Below are positions 23,701 through 34,100 of a DNA stretch of 62,000 nt, one piece after another (positions within the stretch are counted from its first letter, which is position 1; every line of letters starts with the position of its first letter). Source of the DNA: Lama guanicoe (taxonomy: Eukaryota); contig MU053758.1 in NCBI GenBank assembly GCA_013239625.1, positions 2,790,001-2,852,000 of the forward strand, read 5' to 3'. The notes beneath the pieces were generated by a model. That model did not search any database. It was not told the DNA's origin and worked only from the letters and a program-made list of their open reading frames with translations. Both the position numbers and the translations under genes were made by a program.

Positions 23701-24854
23701 CCGGCGCCTCTGCCTAATCCAGGCCTCTATCCCCCACCAGTATCCATGTCTCCAGGACAGCCACCACCTCAGCAGTTGCTTGCTCCGACTTACTTTTCTG
23801 CTCCAGGCGTCATGAACTTTGGTAATCCCAGTTACCCTTATGCTCCAGGGGCGCTGCCTCCTCCACCACCTCCTCATCTGTATCCTAACACGCAGGTGAG
23901 ATGGCTAATGAGATTTGCCTAGGTACACAACCTTTAAAAAATCAGACAGGAATGTAGTATAGGGAGAATGCTCAAGGAATTTGAGAAATCATTTCAATGC
24001 TGTTGATTTGCATGTGGTGCCAGGACGCCTCTTGGTGGTCAGGAGCTGGAAGTGCAGCTTATGTAATGCCCATCATGTGTTTATTCTCTTGCTTCTTTAA
24101 TGGTGTTTCATTCAGGTATTTTGGTATGTCTTAGGTGGCCATGTCTACTGTTTGTTCAACTGCATAAAGGAGCTGTATTCTCCTTACCAGCCCTTCCCCG
24201 CCCTGTACTGTTTAATTCTCAACAGGTTGACACCATCTGGTATCTGGAGTGTCACCACTGAGCTCAGTCTCTTCCATTTGTCAGCTGATGGTAGGAATTA
24301 GAGAAAATTGGGCAGTACTTTGAAGAAGTGGGAAGCATGTTAGGACATATTAAGGCAGAAATGAGTGATCACTTTATTTTAAAGGAGGGCAGCTTAAAGA
24401 TTTTAAAAATTAAAAATTTCATATACTCTTACTTTGGTACCTGAATAATATTTCCTGTTCATCACAGTTTGGATGAATTAATTGGTTTTTTTTCCTTCTT
24501 GCTTTTTGGGGTCCCAGGCCCCATCACAGGTATATGGAGGAGTGACCTACTATAACCCCGCCCAGCAGCAGGTGCAGCCAAAGCCCTCCCCACCCCGGAG
24601 GACTCCCCAGCCAGTCACCATCAAGCCTCCACCACCTGAGGTATGAGAGCTTCCCTTGTTTAGGGCACATCCTACATAAGTGGACCTTCCTTCTCTTCAG
24701 ATTATCCTCCTTTTCTGAGTGTATTTCTATGGAAAGTGGGGTTTTTTCTTTCTTTCTTTTTTTTTTTTTTAGTAATGACCTAACAAATTTTTTAGTAATG
24801 ACCTAACAAATTCCAACTTTATTATTTCAGGTTGTAAGCAGGGGTTCCAGTTAA
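8408..24854 (+). CDS. CASC3: CASC3 / MLN51 / Barentsz, exon junction complex subunit, 703 aa; coding exons 8408-8638, 9023-9050, 9356-9393, 19287-19445, 19535-19686, 20247-20423, 20596-21281, 22608-22672, 22972-23086, 23327-23425, 23681-23895, 24518-24640, 24831-24854
   Basis: All introns are GT-AG and the exons sum to 2112 nt (703 aa plus stop). Starts [18 protein letters not shown], contains the SELOR region ([22 protein letters not shown]...WEHDKF) and a Pro-rich C-terminus ending VVSRGSS. Confidence 0.97.
10130..11830 (-). mobile_element. Cluster of old L2 fragments with a MER5-like insert (about 10897-11030)
   Basis: L2-like text (ggcagagggaacaacagctgcaaaagccca; tgccttcatggaatttacattcca). 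Boundaries approximate. Confidence 0.55.
11857..12025. mobile_element. MER3-like hAT-Charlie MITE
   Basis: Recognisable agccacatgtggcta-type motifs and the terminus catttccatcatcccagaaagtcctattgaacagc. Confidence 0.65.
12371..12470 (-). mobile_element. tRNA-derived SINE (Vic-1-like)
   Basis: Reverse complement reads TAGCTCAGTGGTAGAG (A box)...GGTTCAAATCCC (B box) then an A-rich tail. TSD cacctaattctcttt / cacctgattttcttt. Confidence 0.85.
14500..15890 (-). mobile_element. Old L1 3' end and ORF2 remnant, interrupted by a Vic-1-like SINE at about 14555-14699
   Basis: Typical L1M 3'-end text (tttattgagatataattt...). The - strand ORF contains [14 protein letters not shown], similar to the L1 ORF2 C-terminus. 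SINE TSD caatttacccattt / caacttacccattt. Confidence 0.8.
16098..16491. mobile_element. TcMar-Tigger non-autonomous element (MER82-like)
   Basis: Terminal inverted repeats CAGGTTTCCCC / GGGGATACCTG flanked by a TA target duplication. Confidence 0.75.
19446..19534 (+). ncRNA. Mirtron-like short intron, probable orthologue of human MIR6866
   Basis: 89-nt CASC3 intron 4. CTGGAATAGAGGCTCT and GAGCCCTTTTTCTGTCCAACAG resemble the miR-6866 5p and 3p arms as I recall them and partly pair. Expression unknown. Confidence 0.35.
19730..19920 (-). mobile_element. MIR SINE
   Basis: MIR core text (tgtgccaggcactttgctaaatgcttcac...ggagctgggatccagaccca). Confidence 0.65.
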
Positions 24855-27095
24855 TATGAATTTCTGAATATTTAAAATCTAGCATCATATAAAAGTAAGT
24901 ATACAAGTTATTATGACTTTTAGAACATTTTAAAACTAATATTCATGCTTACTTGCTTAACAAACAGTCACCTAATTAATGCTTTAAGTTGTAATCATGG
25001 GATATCTCGGGGTTGGGGGTTGCTTAGAGGAATCCCAAAATTTGCCTGTTTCTTTGTTTTGTGAGTGGATAGAGCAAGGTTGAGTAGAAACCATTATTTA
25101 ATTTGGCTACATTTCATTTGGGAAGCTGCAAGGAAAAAATGCAGAAGGGCATTCTTTATTAAGGAAAAGGGAAATCTAAATTTGAGGTGTTACAGCAGAG
25201 CCAGTTCTAAAGGTTATGGAGGGGAGAGACCATGGGGGGTTTGTTGTGTTGTTTTGTTTTAGGGATATTACTTTAAGATACGTTCTTTAGAAATGTAGCT
25301 TTTTGAAACTAAGTCGTAAATGCCCAAAAGGTCCACTAACACTTTGGTGGCTCTTCCCTTTTTTCCCACCCTTGTCAGGACAGCAGAGGTGAGAACCCAG
25401 AAGAGAAGAGAATACCACAGCTGTCACTACCAAGAGGGCTTCAAAGATCCAGGGTGGCTCCTGCCAGCAAGCAGCTGAGTGAGGGGGACCCCCACCTTCC
25501 TCTGAGGACAGGCTCTGTTGGAGAAAGGGAGAAACCAGTGGACTTCCTCCCATTTCCAGTGTTTACTTGAGTTGGCTGTGCTCAGAGGAGCAGAGATCTG
25601 GACAGTCCGGGCTCCCATGTCTCCATCTAGGAGCCCACATCTTTTGCTCTTCTTCACTTCCTCCTGGGAACTTCAAGTGTCTTCTGCTCCCAGGGGAGCT
25701 CCTCCCTGTTTGTTTTGTTTTCTAAGATGTTTGTTTTTAAAGCCTGGCTTGCTATTGTTAAATTGATATCCTTTTAGTTTTCCTCTTTCTCTGTTTTTCT
25801 CTCTCTCTGCCTTTAAATGAAACAAGCTCATTCTCTGGTTTGCTAGCTCCTCTGAGTTCTCTTTTGGTTCTTCCCTGCATCCCAAATAATTGAGAACTTA
25901 CCAACCAGTCTTCCCCCACCAAGTCTACAAAGAGCTGACCTTTCATTTTTGGTTGGCCTTTATTATTGTATACTTGGACTCTCTTAACTCGTCTAACCCT
26001 GTGGAAACATAGGTGTCTGCACAGTGTCCCATTGTGGAGAAAAGCTCAATGAATGCGATAGGAGCCCTTCTTCTTGACTGAATTTTTTAGGATTCTGAGC
26101 CTCCATCTGTCTCTCTACTCTGGTAGGCTTCAGTTCTGTACTGAAGACAGAGTCTCAACAGTGGGGAGAGATGGCAAACCAGATGCTTTAGTGAGAAAGG
26201 GAGGGTGGAGTGAGAGCCTTTGCACCTTAGGGGTGTGTATTCACACAGTCCTCAGGGCTCAGTCTTTGAGGTAAGTGGCATTTGAGGGCTCTGCTCTTCT
26301 TTCTATCCCATCTGCCACACCCCCTTTCCAGTTGCTGTGGACCAATGCATCTCTCTAGAGGCAAACCCAGTAAGCGCTCTTCCCTGTCCTTTGCAATTGC
26401 TCTTCTCCATGTCTTTCCGGCTATAAGTGTTCTAGATGTTACTACCTTATTTTCCCTAAGTTTTACTCCTGTCCTTGCAAACAGAAGATACCACCCCTGG
26501 GCTTAAAGCCTAAGGAAGACAGTCACTTTCAGGGCAAGGGCTCCTCCCTCCTTTCCTCCCTGTCTATGGCACTGAACCACTCCCCTGCTGCCTCTGCGGA
26601 AGAGATTCCTGTTACTGCAGCACTTGAATCTGCCAGGGGTGAATTGGCCACTGTCCCTGTCCTTCTATAAAACCTGAGGGAGAAGGTGGCAGTTGTGTCT
26701 CTCCCCGAGTCATGTCACTAATTCTGTTTCTTCTCTTCAGCAGCTGGCTTAACCACTCTGAGTCACAGGTGTGGGGTGGGGAAGGGAGAGAGGCACTCAA
26801 ACTATAACCCCCTAAGGAGGAAATAACTAAGAGATTCTTCCAGGGGTAGCTGGTGGTTGTGCCTTTTGTGTAGGCTGTTCCCTTTGCCTTAAACCTGAAG
26901 ATGTCTCCTCAAGCCAGTGGGCAGCGTGCCCAGATTCCCAGACCTTAAGACACTGTGACATTTGTCTCTGTTGGTCTGCTGTGTTGTGTTGCAAGAATTT
27001 CTCCATGTGTATTGTTGTTTGTTACTGTTTTAAAGGGTGCACCTATGTGATTGGCATTGTGATTTGGAGATAATAAAATTTAGACATGTAAGCTT
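24855..27095 (+). other. CASC3: CASC3 3' UTR with an intron at 24895-25378; last exon 25379 to about 27095; AATAAA 27072-27077
   Basis: Donor AAA|GTAAGT at 24895. Branch-like CACTAAC at 25334-25340, polypyrimidine tract, CAG ending at 25378. Terminal AATAAA. Confidence 0.8.
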
Positions 27096-28492
27096 GGCTC
27101 CTTTGCCAGTGTTTTGCATGAATCTTGATTGGGAGGAAGGGAAGAGGACTCCCCAGTCCCCTAGAGTCACAGTCACAATTCAAGCCAGCTCAGACATGTG
27201 AAATGGAAGCCTAAAGAGGTGAGGAGTCCCTGTGAGGCCACAAGTGACCGTACTTTTGATCAGTTTTCCTAATCACATTGCCACATAGACACGGGCAGAA
27301 AAACTAGTGAAATGCTGCTTACCCACAGGAACATCTAGTATCCCTTATGCCTTTGTGTTTGGCAAGTACGTTTTTCAGGGTAATGCACCAGATGTCAATA
27401 CAAACTGTACCAGGTCCTGCATGAGGGGAAGACGCAGCTAGCTAGCTATCTTTTTTTTTTTTAATTATTTTTTTTATTGAGGTACAGTCAGTTATGTGTC
27501 AGTTTCTGGTTATCTTCTTGAAAAGTAAGATTTGCGCTGGCACTGAAGTATCAAGTACCACAGCCTAGGGCTCCTGTCAATCTTAGCACAGGTAAAGAAG
27601 AGGGCCAACTAAAGGACCTGCTCTGGCTCATGCTGCCAGTTACCTAGGCCTCCTGGTAGCTGACTTTGAGTTGATTTTTTTCCTCTTCCAGGTCCTGGTG
27701 GTGTGCAAGTTGACTGCAAAGGCTATCCCTGGTGTGGGGGAACAATTGAATTTAGTGTGGATCTGGCAGCATCTGTCCTTGGGTCCCACAAATCTTTGTA
27801 CATGATACATGGGACATGGTCATCATTGTGTATCTTAAAATGATAGTTGGGACTTCCCCTCCTATACCCATTGGTGCTGCTGCTACAGCTAGAGGACCAT
27901 GACTTTTCCCCCATCCCTAATTGCTCTTTGAATCATGTCAGTTTGCTTCCCTTCTTCCCTGCAGGGTGATGGGTGACTGTGGGCCTGATCTGGGGTCATG
28001 CAAAGAATACCAGTCAGCCTTGAGGGGTGGGTTGCTGGAAAGAGAGATGAGCCTGTTAAGATACTTGCCCCTCACCCCTGCCTCTTGATTCTCCAGTCCT
28101 ACAGTTAGATCCCATTGCTCTCTGTGTTGCCCTGGTAACCAGCTCAGCAAGAAGAAACTCAAGCTCAGCAAAGCCCCCAGGTTCTCTGCCCTCCCAGCCT
28201 GCCTCTCAGTGGGCAGAAAGATCAACCTTAGGTAGTAGCCCTGCCCTGTCCCTTTCCAGAAGTTCATTGGCTGAGCTCCCAAACTCTATTGCCCCTATCT
28301 CCTCACAGGTGTTAATCATACCACCCTCCCTCCATTCCTTCCATCACAGAGTGTAGATACCTTGCCAACAATCCTCCCTCCCCACCGGGTCAACACACAG
28401 GCCTTGCGGGAGACTCAGAACAGCAGAAGAGTTGGAATTACAAAGTTGTCTCCCAGCATCTGTAGCCCACTTGGTTGGGTTGTCCCCCTAGG

Positions 28493-28673
28493 GCAGTGAT
28501 TTTCAACTCTAGCTGTATGAATCACTGGGGGATCTTTTAAAAAAATACCATGAACCTTGGCCCCATCTCTGAGACCTGATTTAGTTGATTTGAGGTGTAG
28601 CCTGGGCAACAGTAGTTTTTGAAAAGTTCCCTGGATTACAATGGGCAGTTGGGGTGATAACCACTGCTGTTCT
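28493..28673. mobile_element. MER5A-like hAT MITE
   Basis: Termini cagtgattttcaact and ggtgataaccactg, with internal gaatcactgggg. Confidence 0.7.
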
Positions 28674-30099
28674 AGGAGGACCATGACTCCATGCTGGCTT
28701 TGCTCTCTGATTCAAGGTCTTGAACTTAGTCTATGCTTGATATCCTTGAGTAGTTGGAGGGTGCTAGGGTCCTTTTCCCCAAGCTTTCAGTTTCCTGAAG
28801 TCTCTTTGACCCTTTTATTTGTAGTCCCCACACCCTCCACATCCCCAGTTCCTTTCCCCTCCTAACCGACAATCCCAAATCCTGCCCAGAGAGGACGTTA
28901 CCAAGGCAACCAGCTTAATCTGGTAACTGTGGCATGTGCTGGGAGTGGAGCCCTCCCCTCTTCTTATTCGGTTCATGAAATGCCTGGGGAGCTCCAAGCC
29001 ACTCCAGCCAGTTTCCCCTCTTAACCCCAGGGATATTGGGATATCCAAAAAAGGGAGTCCAGGAAACTGATACTTGGATCTCTATTTCAGCTTCTTAACC
29101 AAAATTGTGTTTTTTACTGTTCCTTTTTGCAAATCCACAAACAGATGGGTGTGCAAAGCTTTATTTCTGTGAACACATGCTCTTGCACACATAGGACCAG
29201 ATAAGCATACACAGTGACACATGGATTGTACACACCCTGTTCATTTCTACACCACTCCCAGCCTTTAGCATTCCTGTCCCTGCCTGGTTGGTGCACAGTA
29301 AACAGGGGTGGGGCATTGTCCCAGGAGCCTCAACCCATCTGGTGCCTGGTGCCACTCCCTCACCTTGTTACCTTAACCTTGATGTGCTTACAGTGAGTGT
29401 CTCTATTCCACCCTCCTCCTGGGACAGTGTACCCTTAAGGACAGAATACTCTGGGCATAGGCATTAGGAATAGGGAAATTTGATAGCACTTTCCTCACTC
29501 CATGGTTATGTCATCTCGAGAGGGACTGTCTATGCCTGACGGTGTTGGTTGGCAGTTCTGGAGTCTGTCACCCATCTCCAGGGCCCTGCTTCCTTCTGCT
29601 GCTGGCTGGGCTCAGGTGCCCTTGTGCTCCTGGTCTCCTCCCCACTGCCTACTGCTTCTCCTCACTCCAATTAGACCTGCCACAACCTGCTGCTCCCTGC
29701 CTGGCTCCTACCTGCCTGCCAGTACCTGCCTCTCACAGGCCAGGCCCTCACCATCTGTTGTGCCCTACCAGAAAGGGCAGATGGGTACCGCTCCCAGTAC
29801 CAATGCCAATTCATCCTAGGTCTTCCCAGCCCTTCTTACAGAAGGAAGATATTCCTGTGAGTATAGCACATATTCCTGTGAGTATAGCAACAGAGCACAC
29901 TTTCGAGATTGCGAGTGATAGACATTCAATCAGCAGTTTTTATAGGTCTCAGGTAGGTGAGTCAAGGTGCGCGAACGGGTTTTTTGCAATGATATCAAGA
30001 GTCATCGTAAGCCCCGAGCTAGGAACCCCTCTCCATTGGTAAATCGCTCCCTCATCTTTGCCTTTAATGTCTACATCTGCTCTGAACCCAACCCCATTC

Positions 30100-31170
30100 A
30101 GCCCCTTAACTGTTCCTCTCGTGGCCAGCCCAGCACCCAAGTTCAAGCCTCGCGCGGCCCAGGGGGCGGGCCCAGGAAGGGCAGGGGCGGGGACTGGGCG
30201 GGGACTGGAGGAGGGGGCGCGGTCTCAACTCTGCCACCTTCCCCCCACCCACCAGGAGCGCAGCCGCCGCTGCCGCCGCCGCGTCCTCTCTGCTTTGCTG
30301 CCTCTGCCGCCGCAGCCCGGCCCAGAAGCGCAGAGCCGGGGGCAGCGGCTCCGCAGCCTACCTCAACCTTCGGGCCGCGTGAGCTGCAGCCGGCATGGGG
30401 GGTCACTAACAGCGGGCACTCCTTCCCTCTGGCACCTCCCCCGGCCACTGGCCACTGGACCCTGGCCAGCGAGTCTCCAGCACCTCTGGCTCCCAGTCCG
30501 GCGCTGGCACGGCCCTCCGCTCTGCCCCTCCGGCTCTGAGCATCGTGTCCCCGCCCCCCCCGCCCGCGCCTGGGACACCTGGGTCCCCCGGCGGCCCCGA
30601 GGAGAGGGGCGGGGGGGGGCATGAAGCCGCTGGAGAAATTTCTGAAGAAGCAGACTTCGCAGCTGGCGGGACGAACGGTGGCGGGAGGTCCCGGCGGGGG
30701 TTCGGGGAGCTGCGGCGGGCCTGGAGGGGGTTGGGGACCTGGCGGGGGCGGCGGTCCAGCCGGGGGACCGCGGCCGCTGCAGCGGCGTCAGAGCGTGTCT
30801 CGCCTGCTGCTCCCAGCTTTCCTCCGGGAGCCCCCCGCCGAGCCGGGGCTGGAGCCGCCCTCTGAAGAGGACGGGGGAGAGCCGGCGGGGGTCGCGGAGG
30901 AGCTCGGCAGCGGGGGGCCCTGTTGGCTGCATCTAGAGGAGGTGCCGGGGCCCGGGCCGCTCGGGGGAGGGGGACCCCTGCGCTCCCCTTCCTCATACTC
31001 CTCAGACGAGCTGTCCCCGGGCGAGCCTCTGACTTCTCCACCCTGGGCCCCCCTGGGCGCCCCCGAGCGGCCGGAGCATCTTCTAAACCGGGTTCTGGAG
31101 CGGCTGGCCGGAGGGGCTACCAGGGACAGCGCCGCTTCAGGTAAGGAATCGGCCGGCTCATCCATCCTGG
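30100..31170 (+). promoter_or_regulatory. RAPGEFL1: RAPGEFL1 CpG island, promoter and exon 1
   Basis: Very GC- and CpG-rich, with several GGGGCGGG boxes at 30162-30220 upstream of the ATG at 30621. Confidence 0.85.
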
Positions 31171-34100
31171 AGTAGGGGGGTGTCACCTGGTTCCTCTTCC
31201 TTGCCCTTGGACAGTGGGGGTGGCGCTATGCCGGAGCCTCGGTGTGGGGTTGAGTGGTCAGCTGAAGTGAGGCAGGGGCCTATGGGAGGAACAGACCCTT
31301 CTGTAGTGGAGAAGTGGCAACGCCACCTTCCTCCCTGTAGCAGCCTCATCCATGGCTGGGGAAGAAGCTGAACCCCTTTCTCTCCTTAAGCCACCCTTCC
31401 TCTCCCCTGGACATTTTATCCAGATCCTCACGGGGCCCTGATGTTGACTACCTCCTTCTGTGGCCCCAAATTAGGGCCTGACACACTAAGATGGAAGCTG
31501 CCCAGACCAGTCAGTGCAGGCCCCCTAGAGGTGGCCAAGCCCCCAAAGACCTTCCAAGAGTCCCTGATTCTGTTTAGAAGCCCCAGAGCAGAGGGCTGGC
31601 CCACTCAGTGGGACAGTACCAGACAGGCACAGAGCCCAAGTTGCCTTTTGGGCTTGGGCAAAGGGATGCATTGTCTTTAGCAGCTTGTGGGGAGGGAAGC
31701 CTTCTAACTGGGGGCTGACTCAGAAGGTACTGGTTGGGGGACAGGTGGCTGGGAAGACATCAGGGCCCTGCAGCATCCAGGGGGGTCTGAAACTCCGACT
31801 CCCGCCCTTCCGGCAACAGGCCTCAGCACACGGCCTCTTTAAAAAATAACCACACCCTGAGAGGCTTATTCCCTAAACAATGATGCTACTTCACCACTCC
31901 CCACTAGAACCCCTACTAAGGGGATTTTGAGGAAACTGAGGCCCCAGATTGCTGCTTAGTGGCTGAGGTAGAAGACCCGCGAATCTTTAGGGCTACCTCT
32001 CAGCATTTCATCAAGCCCAGCAGGTTCTGAGAACTGGGAGCCCCAGTTGAGGGCCTAAACACAGGGGTTTCATAGTTTGCTCTCAGACCTTTGCAGGAAG
32101 CCCTAATCCAGGTGTGTGGAATGGAGTTCCACTCCCCTAGATTTTTCTCGAGACTCAAGTCCTCTCCTTGGCTCAGGCTGTCATTGCCCTGGGGAGCTGA
32201 CACCTTTTGGATTTAATTAGAAAAATATCAGACACATACAGCTCTCCTAACCATAACTTCCCGCCTACACCACACACCCTGTGTCTCTATGACACATTCC
32301 CTGGGGAGGCTGTACATTGGACTAGAGCCTGCCTTGGAAGAGACAGACAGACACCAAACTGGAGCCCCCATAGCAACATTTCTCCTACTCTGCCCCATGT
32401 TCCTCTTCCTTTGCTCTGTTTAGCTCTCCTGTGAAATAAAGAGTAGAAGGATGCTGGGCATCCCTAGTCCTTGTCTCCATCCCTGGAGCTGGGGGTCAGG
32501 GCTAGGGGGCTCTCAGACTCGCTTAAGGAACACAGCCTCTAGCTGAGCAGAGAGGGAAAGGGAGAAACTGTCTTTCCCTTCCACAGGGGTCTGGTGCCAT
32601 GGGTGCTGCTCAGTCTCTCCTGGGGAAGGACTCCTGAACTGATTGTCACTGTATTATCCGGACTGGCACGCTGGAGCCCCAGAGTAACTGGTTCAGGGAA
32701 CCCCAAATCAGTCCCAGAGTGAATGAGAATCAGCTGAACCTGCCACTCTGACATTCTCCAATATAACCAATGCTCTCAAGCCATCTCGATTCCTTCCCAG
32801 GGCATGTGGGAGGAGGGGACTTACAGCAGGTACCCTAAACTGGCCAAAGTCTCTCAAACGTCTGAGCAGCCGCATCTGACCACTGTACTCTGCTCTGACA
32901 CTCTGCTTGCTTCAGGCCTATTGAGAAAAGAACAAAGACTCAGGAGTCTGGGTTCTCACTCCAGCTCCAGGCAAGTCCTTCCCAGCTCTGGGCTTTGGTT
33001 TCTCATTTGTGAAATTACATAGTTGAAGTTGAGGATCTTCTGTTGATTCTCCCGCTACACTTTCATGGCTAGAGTTGGAAGCCAGAGGGTGGTGACCCAA
33101 GGGCCAACAGAAGCCTTGGTTTTGTCCCGGGGCAGTGCTTGGGGACCTGGCCCTAACCTGTCCTGGTGAGAACACCTGGCTCCCTCCCCACACGCTACCT
33201 GTCTGTGTGTGCCAGGCTGCCCTGCCCCACCCCAGGGCTGGCTACAAGTCAGGGCGACCTTGTACCTGGCTGACTGGCTGAGCCAGGCCTAGGTGGGGGT
33301 GTGGAGAGGGAAAGGGTGGTGTGAGCAGCCACTCCCCTCCGCCCTTCCACCATTAACTCTTCAATTCCTGGGTATCCAGAGGACACAGGGTTTCTATTTA
33401 AAGACTTTAGGATCAAAGAGATGACAGTAGCTCCCTCTCCGTTTTAATGGGGCTGGTTCTCACCTGTCTATTTGGAACTCAAAGCTGTTAGCTAGGGCGT
33501 GGGGAGGGGAAGACAGACACACAAGCACACAACACTGACCCTAACCTCTGTGCTTGGAAGTTCTCTTTGTCTAGAGACCCTTCTTTGGGCTACCTCTTTT
33601 ATTTTCCGGGCAGATCTCAAGCTTAGTATATTATCTGACCAGCTTCCCACACACACTGGAGACCAGTGGGCGTGGCCATCGAAGGGCGCCCCCTCCTTCC
33701 CTCCAGCTGCCTTGGCAGCTGCCAACCCCACCCCCGCAGCGGCTGCCCTGAACCTTCATGTGTGTGTGTGCGTGTGTGTATATGTGCACATGTGCAGAGC
33801 ATGACGGGGCAGGTGGCTGGGGCTCCAGCCTGGCTAAAGAGAATTTGCCCTTGGAAGCAAGAAAAGGGGGTGGTGAGTGTCCCATGGGGTCCTGGAAGTG
33901 CTCTCCTGACATCAGTGGTGACAATTGATCTCTACAGATATCCTGCTGGATGACATCGTTCTCACCCATTCTCTCTTCCTCCCTACGGAGAAATTTCTGC
34001 AGGAGCTACACCAGTAATATCCTTTTGTGGAGCTTGCAAAAGGGGAGGTTGGGAGGGAGCCACTCCCCCAACTCCACATGTGATGTGAGGGTCCAGGCTC

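Noticed and set aside
29967..31186. Many long overlapping ORFs on both strands at the RAPGEFL1 CpG island
   Set aside because: Stops are scarce in very GC-rich DNA. Only the 30621 frame splices into a recognisable protein.
33801..33937. ATG-bearing alternative first exon with GTGAGT donor at 33873
   Set aside because: The intron would be only 65 nt, and the phase-0 junction is out of frame with RAPGEFL1 exon 2.
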